Source: Auanema rhodensis
Taxonomy: Eukaryota; Animalia; Nematoda
DNA: 64,000 bases
Assembly (NCBI GenBank): GCA_964057225.1
Contig: OZ059894.1
Coordinates: 18,352,001 to 18,416,000 of the forward strand
Direction of reading: 5' to 3'
Part shown: positions 1 through 13,640 of the stretch, piece after piece
Numbering within the stretch: the first letter of the stretch is position 1
Layout of the letters: the number at the start of each line of letters is the position of its first letter
Notes under the pieces: generated by a model
The model's database searches: none
Seen by the model: the letters and a program-made list of their open reading frames with translations, nothing else
Told to the model about the DNA's origin: nothing
Position numbers and translations under genes: made by a program

Positions 1-704
1 TTTGAAAACCGCATCTCTTTATCTTTCACGTGAAGCGAGTTACATACCATGTGCACATCACGTGTACATTTAATTAGCATAAATTAAAGTTCACGTAAAT
101 TTCAAAGTCATGGTTACCATGCACCAGTATCAATAAAAATTTGTTTTTGGACTAATATGGCCATGGGGAATCTAATTTTGAAAACCGCGTCTCTTTATCT
201 TTTACGGGAAGCGATTTACATACCATGTGTACATCACGTGTACATTTAGTTAGCATAAATTAAAGTTCACGTAAATTTCAAAGTCATGGTTACCATGCAC
301 CAGTATCAATAAAAATTTGTTTTTGGACTAATATGGCCATGGGGAATCTAATTTTGAAAACCGCGTCTCTTTATCTTTTACGGGAAGCGATTTACATACC
401 ATGTGTACATCACGTGTACTTTTAGTTAGCATAAATTAAAGTTCACGTAAATTTCAAAGTCATGGTTACCATGCACCAGTATCAATAAAAATTTGTTTTT
501 GGACTAATATGGCCATGGGGAATCTAATTTTGAAAACCGCGTCTCTTTATCTTTTACGGGAAGCGAGTTACATACCATGTGCACATCACGTGTACATTTA
601 ATTAGCATAAATTAAAGTTCACGTAAATTTCAAAGTCATGGTTACCATGCACCAGTATCAATAAAAATTTGTTTTTGGACTAATATGGCCATAGGGAATC
701 TAAT

Positions 705-870
705 TTTGAAAACGGCATCTCTTCATCTTTGAGTTACATACCATGTGCACATCACGTGTACATTTAATTAGCATAAATTAAAGTTCACGTAAATTTCAAA
801 GTCATGGTTACCATGCACCAATATCGATAAAAATTTGTTTTTAGACTAATATGGACATGGTGAATCTAAT
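705..870. repeat. 166-bp deletion variant of the array A monomer (other copies near 4750, 9140, 12825, 13343 and 16501)
   Basis: AACGGCATCTCTTCATCTTT|GAGTTAC lacks the 10-nt YACGGGAAGC segment. Marker spacing 708 to 874 is 166. Confidence 0.95.
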
Positions 871-2040
871 TTTGAAAACCGCATCGCTTTATCGTTCACG
901 TGAAGCGAGTTACATACCATGTGCACATCACGTGTACATTTGATTAGCATAAATTAAAGTTCACGTAAATTTCAAAGTCATGGTTACCATGCACCAATAT
1001 CAATAAAAATTTGTTTTAAGACTAATATGGACATGGGGAATCTAATTTTGAAAACCGCATCTCTTTATCTTTCACGTGAAGCGAGTTACATACCATGTGC
1101 ACATCACGTGTACATTTAATTAGCATAAATTAAAGTTCACGTAAATTTCAAAGTCATGGTTACCATGCACCAATATCAATAAAAATTTGTTTTTAGTCTA
1201 ATATGGCCATGCGGAATGTAATTATAAAAACCGCATCTCTTCATCTTTCACGGAGAGCGAGTTACGTACCATGTGCACATCACGTGTACATTTAATTAGC
1301 ATAAATTACAGTTCACGTAAATTTCAAAGTCATGGTTACCATGCACCAGTATCAATGAAAATTTGTTTTTGGACTAATATGGCCATAGGGAATCTAATTT
1401 TCAAAACCCCATCTTTTTATCTATTACGGAAAGCGAGTTACATACCATGTGCCCATCACGTGTACATTTAATTAGCATAAATTAAAGTTCACTTAAATTT
1501 CAAAGTCATGGTTACCATGCGCCTATATCAATAAAAATTTGTTTTTAGTCTAATATGGCCATGGAAAATCTAATTATGAAAACCGCATCTCTTTATCTTT
1601 TACGGGAAGCGAGTTACATACCATGTGTAAATCACGTGTACATTTAATTAGCATAAATTAAAGTTCACGTAAATTTCAAAGTCATGGTTACCATGCACCA
1701 ATATCGATAAAAATTTGTTTTTAGACTAATATGGACATGGGGAATCTAATTTTGAAAACCGCATCTCTTTATCTTTCACGGGAAGCGAGTTACATATCAT
1801 GTGCACATCACGTGTACATTTAATTAGCATAAATTAAAGTTCACGTAAATTTCAAAGTCATGGTTACCATGCGCCTATATCAATAAAAATTTGTTTTTAG
1901 TCTAATATGGAAATGGGGAATCTAATTTTGAAAACCGCATCTCTTTATCTTTTACGGGAAGCGAGTTACATACCATGTGCACATCACGTGTACATTTAAT
2001 TAGCATAAATTAAAGTTCACGTAAATTTCAAAGTCATGGT

Positions 2041-3800
2041 TACCATGCACCAATATCGATAAAAATTTGTTTTTAGACTAATATGGACATGGGGAATCTA
2101 ATTTTGAAAACCGCATCTCTTTATCTTTCACGGGAAGCGAGTTACATATCATGTGCACATCACGTGTACATTTAATTAGCATAAATTAAAGTTCACGTAA
2201 ATTTCAAAGTCATGGTTACCATGCACCTATATCAATAAAAATTTGTTTTCAGTCTAATATGGAAATGGGGAATCTAATTTTGAAAACCGCATCTCTTCAT
2301 CTTTCACGTGAAGCGAGTTACATACCAAGTGCACATCACGTGTACATTTAATTAGCATAAATTAAAGTTCACGTAAATTTCAAAGTCATGGTTACCTTGC
2401 ACCAGTATCAATGAAAATTTGTTTTCGGACTAATATGGACATGGGGAATCTAATTTTGAAAACCGCATCTCTTTATCTTTTACGGAAAGCGAGTTGCATA
2501 CCATGTGCACATCACCTGTACATTTGATTAGCATAAATTAAAGTTCACGTAAATTTCAAAGTCATGGTTACCATGCACCAGTATCAATAAAAATTTGTTT
2601 TCGGACTAATATGGCCATGGGGAATCTAATTTTAAAACCCGCATCTCTTTATCTTTTACGGAAAGCGAGTTACATACCATGTGCACATCACCTGTACATT
2701 TGATTAGCATAAATTAAAGTTCACGTAAATTTCAAAGTCATGGTTACCTTGCACCAGTATCAATGAAAATTTGTTTTCGGACTAATATGGCCATGGGGAA
2801 TCTAATTTTAAAACCCGCATCTCTTTATCTTTTACGGAAAGCGAGTTACATACCATGTGCACATCACGTGTACATTTAATTAGCATAAATTAAAGTTCAC
2901 GTAAATTTCAAAGTCATGGTTACCATGCACCAATATCGATAAAAATTTGTTTTTAGACTAATATGGACATGGGGAATCTAATTTTGAAAACCGCATCTCT
3001 TTATCTTTCACGGGAAGCGAGTTACATATCATGTGCACATCACGTGTACATTTAATTAGCATAAATTAAAGTTCACGTAAATTTCAAAGTCATGGTTACC
3101 ATGCACCTATATCAATAAAAATTTGTTTTCAGTCTAATATGGAAATGGGGAATCTAATTTTGAAAACCGCATCTCTTCATCTTTCACGTGAAGCGAGTTA
3201 CATACCAAGTGCACATCACGTGTACATTTAATTAGCATAAATTAAAGTTCACGTAAATTTCAAAGTCATGGTTACCTTGCACCAGTATCAATGAAAATTT
3301 GTTTTCGGACTAATATGGACATGGGGAATCTAATTTTGAAAACCGCATCTCTTTATCTTTTACGGAAAGCGAGTTGCATACCATGTGCACATCACCTGTA
3401 CATTTGATTAGCATAAATTAAAGTTCACGTAAATTTCAAAGTCATGGTTACCATGCACCAGTATCAATAAAAATTTGTTTTCGGACTAATATGGCCATGG
3501 GGAATCTAATTTTAAAACCCGCATCTCTTTATCTTTTACGGAAAGCGAGTTACATACCATGTGCACATCACCTGTACATTTGATTAGCATAAATTAAAGT
3601 TCACGTAAATTTCAAAGTCATGGTTACCTTGCACCAGTATCAATGAAAATTTGTTTTCGGACTAATATGGCCATGGGGAATCTAATTTTAAAACCCGCAT
3701 CTCTTTATCTTTTACGGAAAGCGAGTTACATACCATGTGCACATCACGTGTACATTTAATTAGCATAAATTAAAGTTCACGTAAATTTCAAAGTCATGGT
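2041..3800. repeat. 880-bp (5-monomer) tandem duplication in array A; boundaries approximate
   Basis: The rare marker CATACCAAGT occurs at 2321 and 3201 (880 = 5x176) with the same flanking variant order. Confidence 0.9.
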
Positions 3801-6800
3801 TACCTTGCACCAGTATCAATGAAAATTTGTTTCCGGACTAATATGGCCATGGGGAATCTAATTTTAAAACCCGCATCTCTTTATCTTTTACGGAAAGCGA
3901 GTTACATACCATGTGCACATCACCTGTACATTTGATTAGCATAAATTAAAGTTCACGTAAATTTCAAAGTCATGGTTACCATGCACCAGTATGAATGAAA
4001 ATTTGTTTTTGGACTAATATGGCCATAGGGAATCTAATTATGAAAACCGCATCTCTTTATCTTTCACGGAAAGAGAGTTACATATCATGTGCACATCACG
4101 TGTACATTCAATTAGCATAAATTAAAGTTTACGTAAATTTCAAAGTCATGGTTACCATGCACCTATATCAATAAAAATTTGTTTTCAGTCTAATATGGAA
4201 ATGGGGAATCTAATTTTGAAAACCGCATCTCTTCCTCTTTTACGGGAAGCGAGTTACATACCATGTGCACATCACGTGTACATTTAATTAGCATAAATTA
4301 AAGTTCACGTAAATTTCAAAGTCATGGTTACCATGCACCTATATCAATAAAAATTTGTTTTCAGTCTAATATGGTAATGGGGAATCTAATTTTGAAAACC
4401 GCATCTCTTTATCTTTTACGGGAAGCGAGTTACATACCATGTGCACATCACGTGTACATTTAATTAGCATAAATTAAAGTTCACGTAAATTTCAAAGTCA
4501 TGGTTACCATGCACCAGTATCAATAAAAATTTGTTTTTGGACTAATATGGCCATGGGGAATTTAATTTTGAAAACCGCATCTCTTTATCTTTTACGGAAA
4601 GCGAGTTGCATACCATGTGCACATCACCTGTACATTTAATTAGCATAAATTAAAGTTCACGTAAATTTCAAAGTCATGGTTACCATGCACCAGTATCAAT
4701 AAAAATTTGTTTTTGGACTAATATGGCCATAGGGAATCTAATTTTGAAAACGGCATCTCTTCATCTTTGAGTTACATACCATGTGCACATCACGTGTACA
4801 TTTAATTAGCATAAATTAAAGTTCACGTAAATTTCAAAGTCATGGTTACCATGCACCAATATCGATAAAAATTTGTTTTTAGACTAATATGGACATGGTG
4901 AATCTAATTTTGAAAACCGCATCTCCTTATCTTTTACGGAAAGCAAGTTGCATACCATGTGCACATCACCTGTACATTTGATTAGCATAAATTAAAGTTC
5001 ACGTAAATTTCAAAGTCATGGTTACCATGCACCAATATCAATAAAAATTTGTTTTAAGACTAATATGGACATGGGGAATCTAATTTTGAAAACCGCATCT
5101 CTTTATCTTTCACGTGAAGCGAGTTACATACCATGTGCACATCACGTGTACATTTAATTAGCATAAATTAAAGTTCACGTAAATTTCAAAGTCATGGTTA
5201 CCATGCACCAATATCAATAAAAATTTGTTTTTAGTCTAATATGGCCATGCGGAATGTAATTATAAAAACCGCATCTCTTCATCTTTCACGGAGAGCGAGT
5301 TACGTACCATGTGCACATCACGTGTACATTTAATTAGCATAAATTAAAGTTCACGTAAATTTCAAAGTCATGGTTACCATGCACCAGTATCAATGAAAAT
5401 TTGTTTTTGGACTAATATGGCCATAGGGAATCTAATTTTCAAAACCCCATCTTTTTATCTATTACGGAAAGCGAGTTACATACCATGTGCCCATCACGTG
5501 TACATTTAATTAGCATAAATTAAAGTTCACTTAAATTTCAAAGTCATGGTTACCATGCGCCTATATCAATAAAAATTTGTTTTTAGTCTAATATGGCCAT
5601 GGGGAATCTAATTATGAAAACCGCATCTCTTTATCTTTTACGGGAAGCGAGTTACATACCATGTGTAAATCACGTGTACATTTAATTAGCATAAATTAAA
5701 GTTCACGTAAATTTCAAAGTCATGGTTACCATGCACCAATATCGATAAAAATTTGTTTTTAGACTAATATGGACATGGGGAATCTAATTTTGAAAACCGC
5801 ATCTCTTTATCTTTCACGGGAAGCGAGTTACATATCATGTGCACATCACGTGTACATTTAATTAGCATAAATTAAAGTTCACGTAAATTTCAAAGTCATG
5901 GTTACCATGCGCCTATATCAATAAAAATTTGTTTTTAGTCTAATATGGAAATGGGGAATCTAATTTTGAAAACCGCATCTCTTTATCTTTTACGGGAAGC
6001 GAGTTACATACCATGTGCACATCACGTGTACATTTAATTAGCATAAATTAAAGTTCACGTAAATTTCAAAGTCATGGTTACCATGCGCCTATATCAATAA
6101 AAATTTGTTTTTAGTCTAATATGGAAATGGGGAATCTAATTTTGAAAACCGCATCTCTTTATCTTTTACGGGAAGCGAGTTACATACCATGTGCACATCA
6201 CGTGTACATTTAATTAGCATAAATTAAAGTTCACGTAAATTTCAAAGTCATGGTTACCATGCACCAATATCGATAAAAATTTGTTTTTAGACTAATATGG
6301 ACATGGGGAATCTAATTTTGAAAACCGCATCTCTTTATCTTTCACGGGAAGCGAGTTACATATCATGTGCACATCACGTGTACATTTAATTAGCATAAAT
6401 TAAAGTTCACGTAAATTTCAAAGTCATGGTTACCATGCACCTATATCAATAAAAATTTGTTTTCGGACTAATATGGACAAGGGGAATCTAATTTTGAAAA
6501 CCGCATCTCTTTATCTTTCACGGGAAGCGAGTTACATATCATGTGCACATCACGTGTACATTTAATTAGCATAAATTAAAGTTCACGTAAATTTCAAAGT
6601 CATGGTTACCTTGCACCAGTATCAATGAAAATTTGTTTTCGGACTAATATGGCCATGGGGAATCTAATTTTAAAACCCGCATCTCTTTATCTTTTACGGA
6701 AAGCGAGTTACATACCATGTGCACATCACGTGTACATTTAATTAGCATAAATTAAAGTTCACGTAAATTTCAAAGTCATGGTTACCATGCGCCTATATCA

Positions 6801-9800
6801 ATAAAAATTTGTTTTTAGTCTAATATGGAAATGGGGAATCTAATTTTGAAAACCGCATCTCTTTATCTTTTACGGGAAGCGAGTTACATACCATGTGCAC
6901 ATCACGTGTACATTTAATTAGCATAAATTAAAGTTCACGTAAATTTCAAAGTCATGGTTACCATGCACCAATATCGATAAAAATTTGTTTTTAGACTAAT
7001 ATGGACATGGGGAATCTAATTTTGAAAACCGCATCTCTTTATCTTTCACGGGAAGCGAGTTACATATCATGTGCACATCACGTGTACATTTAATTAGCAT
7101 AAATTAAAGTTCACGTAAATTTCAAAGTCATGGTTACCTTGCACCAGTATCAATGAAAATTTGTTTTCGGACTAATATGGACAAGGGGAATCTAATTTTG
7201 AAAACCGCATCTCTTTATCTTTTACGGAAAGCGAGTTGCATACCATGTGCACATCACCTGTACATTTGATTAGCATAAATTAAAGTTCACGTAAATTTCA
7301 AAGTCATGGTTACCATGCACCAGTATCAATAAAAATTTGTTTTCGGACTAATATGGCCATGGGGAATCTAATTTTAAAACCCGCATCTCTTTATCTTTTA
7401 CGGAAAGCGAGTTACATACCATGTGCACATCACCTGTACATTTGATTAGCATAAATTAAAGTTCACGTAAATTTCAAAGTCATGGTTACCTTGCACCAGT
7501 ATCAATGAAAATTTGTTTTCGGACTAATATGGCCATGGGGAATCTAATTTTAAAACCCGCATCTCTTCATCTTTTACGGAAAGCGAGTTACATACCATGT
7601 GCACATCACGTGTACATTTAATTAGCATAAATTAAAGTTCACGTAAATTTCAAAGTCATGGTTACCTTGCACCAGTATCAATGAAAATTTGTTTCCGGAC
7701 TAATATGGCCATGGGGAATCTAATTTTAAAACCCGCATCTCTTTATCTTTTACGGAAAGCGAGTTACATACCATGTGCACATCACCTGTACATTTGATTA
7801 GCATAAATTAAAGTTCACGTAAATTTCAAAGTCATGGTTACCATGCACCAGTATGAATGAAAATTTGTTTTTGGACTAATATGGCCATAGGGAATCTAAT
7901 TATGAAAACCGCATCTCTTTATCTTTTACGGAAAGCGAGTTACATACCATGTGCACATCACGTGTACATTTAATTAGCATAAATTAAAGTTCACGTAAAT
8001 TTCAAAGTCATGGTTACCTTGCACCAGTATCAATGAAAATTTGTTTCCGGACTAATATGGCCATGGGGAATCTAATTTTAAAACCCGCATCTCTTTATCT
8101 TTTACGGAAAGCGAGTTACATACCATGTGCACATCACCTGTACATTTGATTAGCATAAATTAAAGTTCACGTAAATTTCAAAGTCATGGTTACCATGCAC
8201 CAGTATGAATGAAAATTTGTTTTTGGACTAATATGGCCATAGGGAATCTAATTATGAAAACCGCATCTCTTTATCTTTCACGGAAAGAGAGTTACATATC
8301 ATGTGCACATCACGTGTACATTCAATTAGCATAAATTAAAGTTTACGTAAATTTCAAAGTCATGGTTACCATGCACCAGTATCAATAAAAATTTGTTTTT
8401 GGACTAATATGGCCATAGGGAATCTAATTATGAAAACCGCATCTCTTTATCTTTCACGGAAAGAGAGTTACATATCATGTGCACATCACGTGTACATTCA
8501 ATTAGCATAAATTAAAGTTTACGTAAATTTCAAAGTCATGGTTACCATGCACCTATATCAATAAAAATTTGTTTTCAGTCTAATATGGAAATGGGGAATC
8601 TAATTTTGAAAACCGCATCTCTTCCTCTTTTACGGGAAGCGAGTTACATACCATGTGCACATCACGTGTACATTTAATTAGCATAAATTAAAGTTCACGT
8701 AAATTTCAAAGTCATGGTTACCATGCACCTATATCAATAAAAATTTGTTTTCAGTCTAATATGGTAATGGGGAATCTAATTTTGAAAACCGCATCTCTTT
8801 ATCTTTTACGGGAAGCGAGTTACATACCATGTGCACATCACGTGTACATTTAATTAGCATAAATTAAAGTTCACGTAAATTTCAAAGTCATGGTTACCAT
8901 GCACCAGTATCAATAAAAATTTGTTTTTGGACTAATATGGCCATGGGGAATTTAATTTTGAAAACCGCATCTCTTTATCTTTTACGGAAAGCGAGTTGCA
9001 TACCATGTGCACATCACCTGTACATTTAATTAGCATAAATTAAAGTTCACGTAAATTTCAAAGTCATGGTTACCATGCACCAGTATCAATAAAAATTTGT
9101 TTTTGGACTAATATGGCCATAGGGAATCTAATTTTGAAAACGGCATCTCTTCATCTTTGAGTTACATACCATGTGCACATCACGTGTACATTTAATTAGC
9201 ATAAATTAAAGTTCACGTAAATTTCAAAGTCATGGTTACCATGCACCAATATCGATAAAAATTTGTTTTTAGACTAATATGGACATGGTGAATCTAATTT
9301 TGAAAACCGCATCTCCTTATCTTTTACGGAAAGCGAGTTGCATACCATGTGCACATCACCTGTACATTTGATTAGCATAAATTAAAGTTCACGTAAATTT
9401 CAAAGTCATGGTTACCATGCACCAATATCAATAAAAATTTGTTTTAAGACTAATATGGACATGGGGAATCTAATTTTGAAAACCGCATCTCTTTATCTTT
9501 CACGTGAAGCGAGTTACATACCATGTGCACATCACGTGTACATTTAATTAGCATAAATTAAAGTTCACGTAAATTTCAAAGTCATGGTTACCATGCACCA
9601 ATATCAATAAAAATTTGTTTTTAGTCTAATATGGCCATGCGGAATGTAATTATAAAAACCGCATCTCTTCATCTTTCACGGAGAGCGAGTTACGTACCAT
9701 GTGCACATCACGTGTACATTTAATTAGCATAAATTAAAGTTCACGTAAATTTCAAAGTCATGGTTACCATGCACCAGTATCAATGAAAATTTGTTTTTGG

Positions 9801-12599
9801 ACTAATATGGCCATAGGGAATCTAATTTTCAAAACCCCATCTTTTTATCTATTACGGAAAGCGAGTTACATACCATGTGCCCATCACGTGTACATTTAAT
9901 TAGCATAAATTAAAGTTCACTTAAATTTCAAAGTCATGGTTACCATGCGCCTATATCAATAAAAATTTGTTTTTAGTCTAATATGGCCATGGGGAATCTA
10001 ATTATGAAAACCGCATCTCTTTATCTTTTACGGGAAGCGAGTTACATACCATGTGCACATCACGTGTACATTTAATTAGCATAAATTAAAGTTCACGTAA
10101 ATTTCAAAGTCATGGTTACCATGCACCAATATCGATAAAAATTTGTTTTTAGACTAATATGGACATGGGGAATCTAATTTTGAAAACCGCATCTCTTTAT
10201 CTTTCACGGGAAGCGAGTTACATATCATGTGCACATCACGTGTACATTTAATTAGCATAAATTAAAGTTCACGTAAAATTCAAAGTCATGGTTACCATGC
10301 GCCTATATCAATAAAAATTTGTTTTTAGTCTAATATGGAAATGGGGAATCTAATTTTGAAAACCGCATCTCTTTATCTTTTACGGGAAGCGAGTTACATA
10401 CCATGTGCACATCACGTGTACATTTAATTAGCATAAATTAAAGTTCACGTAAATTTCAAAGTCATGGTTACCATGCACCAATATCGATAAAAATTTGTTT
10501 TTAGACTAATATGGACATGGGGAATCTAATTTTGAAAACCGCATCTCTTTATCTTTCACGGGAAGCGAGTTACACATCATGTGCACATCACGTGTACATT
10601 TAATTAGCATAAATTAAAGTTCACGTAAATTTCAAAGTCATGGTTACCATGCACCTATATCAATAAAAATTTGTTTTCAGTCTAATATGGAAATGGGGAA
10701 TCTAATTTTGAAAACCGCATCTCTTCATCTTTCACGTGAAGCGAGTTACATACCAAGTGCACATCACGTGTACATTTAATTAGCATAAATTAAAGTTCAC
10801 GTAAATTTCAAAGTCATGGTTACCTTGCACCAGTATCAATGAAAATTTGTTTTCGGACTAATATGGACATGGGGAATCTAATTTTGAAAACCGCATCTCT
10901 TTATCTTTTACGGAAAGCGAGTTGCATACCATGTGCACATCACCTGTACATTTGATTAGCATAAATTAAAGTTCACGTAAATTTCAAAGTCATGGTTACC
11001 ATGCACCAGTATGAATAAAAATTTGTTTTCGGACTAATATGGCCATGGGGAATCTAATTTTAAAACCCGCATCTCTTTATCTTTTACGGAAAGCGAGTTA
11101 CATACCATGTGCACATCACCTGTACATTTGATTAGCATAAATTAAAGTTCACGTAAATTTCAAAGTCATGGTTACCTTGCACCAGTATCAATGAAAATTT
11201 GTTTTCGGACTAATATGGCCATGGGGAATCTAATTTTAAAACCCGCATCTCTTTATCTTTTACGGAAAGCGAGTTACATACCATGTGCACATCACCTGTA
11301 CATTTGATTAGCATAAATTAAAGTTCACGTAAATTTCAAAGTCATGGTTACCATGCACCAGTATGAATGAAAATTTGTTTTTGGACTAATATGGCCATAG
11401 GGAATCTAATTATGAAAACCGCATCTCTTTATCTTTTACGGAAAGCGAGTTACATACCATGTGCACATCACGTGTACATTTAATTAGCATAAATTAAAGT
11501 TCACGTAAATTTCAAAGTCATGGTTACCTTGCACCAGTATCAATGAAAATTTGTTTCCGGACTAATATGGCCATGGGGAATCTAATTTTAAAACCCGCAT
11601 CTCTTCATCTTTTACGGAAAGCGAGTTACATACCATGTGCACATCACGTGTACATTTAATTAGCATAAATTAAAGTTCACGTAAATTTCAAAGTCATGGT
11701 TACCTTGCACCAGTATCAATGAAAATTTGTTTCCGGACTAATATGGCCATGGGGAATCTAATTTTAAAACCCGCATCTCTTTATCTTTTACGGAAAGCGA
11801 GTTACATACCATGTGCACATCACCTGTACATTTGATTAGCATAAATTAAAGTTCACGTAAATTTCAAAGTCATGGTTACCATGCACCAGTATGAATGAAA
11901 ATTTGTTTTTGGACTAATATGGCCATAGGGAATCTAATTATGAAAACCGCATCTCTTTATCTTTTACGGAAAGCGAGTTACATACCATGTGCACATCACG
12001 TGTACATTTAATTAGCATAAATTAAAGTTCACGTAAATTTCAAAGTCATGGTTACCTTGCACCAGTATCAATGAAAATTTGTTTCCGGACTAATATGGCC
12101 ATGGGGAATCTAATTTTAAAACCCGCATCTCTTTATCTTTTACGGAAAGCGAGTTACATACCATGTGCACATCACCTGTACATTTGATTAGCATAAATTA
12201 AAGTTCACGTAAATTTCAAAGTCATGGTTACCATGCACCAGTATGAATGAAAATTTGTTTTTGGACTAATATGGCCATAGGGAATCTAATTATGAAAACC
12301 GCATCTCTTTATCTTTCACGGAAAGAGAGTTACATATCATGTGCACATCACGTGTACATTCAATTAGCATAAATTAAAGTTTACGTAAATTTCAAAGTCA
12401 TGGTTACCATGCACCAGTATCAATAAAAATTTGTTTTTGGACTAATATGGCCATAGGGAATCTAATTATGAAAACCGCATCTCTTTATCTTTCACGGAAA
12501 GAGAGTTACATATCATGTGCACATCACGTGTACATTCAATTAGCATAAATTAAAGTTTACGTAAATTTCAAAGTCATGGTTACCATGCACCTATATCAA

Positions 12600-13640
12600 T
12601 AAAAATTTGTTTTCAGTCTAATATGGAAATGGGGAATCTAATTTTGAAAACCGCATCTCTTTATCTTTTACGGAAAGCGAGTTGCATACCATGTGCACAT
12701 CACCTGTACATTTAATTAGCATAAATTAAAGTTCACGTAAATTTCAAAGTCATGGTTACCATGCACCAGTATCAATAAAAATTTGTTTTTGGACTAATAT
12801 GGCCATAGGGAATCTAATTTTGAAAACGGCATCTCTTCATCTTTGAGTTACATACCATGTGCACATCACGTGTACATTTAATTAGCATAAATTAAAGTTC
12901 ACGTAAATTTCAAAGTCATGGTTACCATGCACCAATATCGATAAAAATTTGTTTTTAGACTAATATGGACATGGTGAATCTAATTTTGAAAACCGCATCT
13001 CCTTATCTTTTACGGAAAGCGAGTTGCATACCATGTGCACATCACCTGTACATTTGATTAGCATAAATTAAAGTTCACGTAAATTTCAAAGTCATGGTTA
13101 CCATGCACCTATATCAATAAAAATTTGTTTTCAGTCTAATATGGTAATGGGGAATCTAATTTTGAAAACCGCATCTCTTTATCTTTTACGGAAAGCGAGT
13201 TGCATACCATGTGCACATCACCTGTACATTTAATTAGCATAAATTAAAGTTCACGTAAATTTCAAAGTCATGGTTACCATGCACCAGTATCAATAAAAAT
13301 TTGTTTTTGGACTAATATGGCCATAGGGAATCTAATTTTGAAAACGGCATCTCTTCATCTTTGAGTTACATACCATGTGCACATCACGTGTACATTTAAT
13401 TAGCATAAATTAAAGTTCACGTAAATTTCAAAGTCATGGTTACCATGCACCAATATCGATAAAAATTTGTTTTTAGACTAATATGGACATGGTGAATCTA
13501 ATTTTGAAAACCGCATCTCCTTATCTTTTACGGAAAGCGAGTTGCATACCATGTGCACATCACCTGTACATTTGATTAGCATAAATTAAAGTTCACGTAA
13601 ATTTCAAAGTCATGGTTACCATGCACCTATATCAATAAAA
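12600..13640. repeat. 518-bp (3-monomer) tandem duplication in array A; boundaries approximate
   Basis: The deletion-monomer marker AACGGC occurs at 12825 and 13343 (518 = 3x176-10). Confidence 0.85.
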
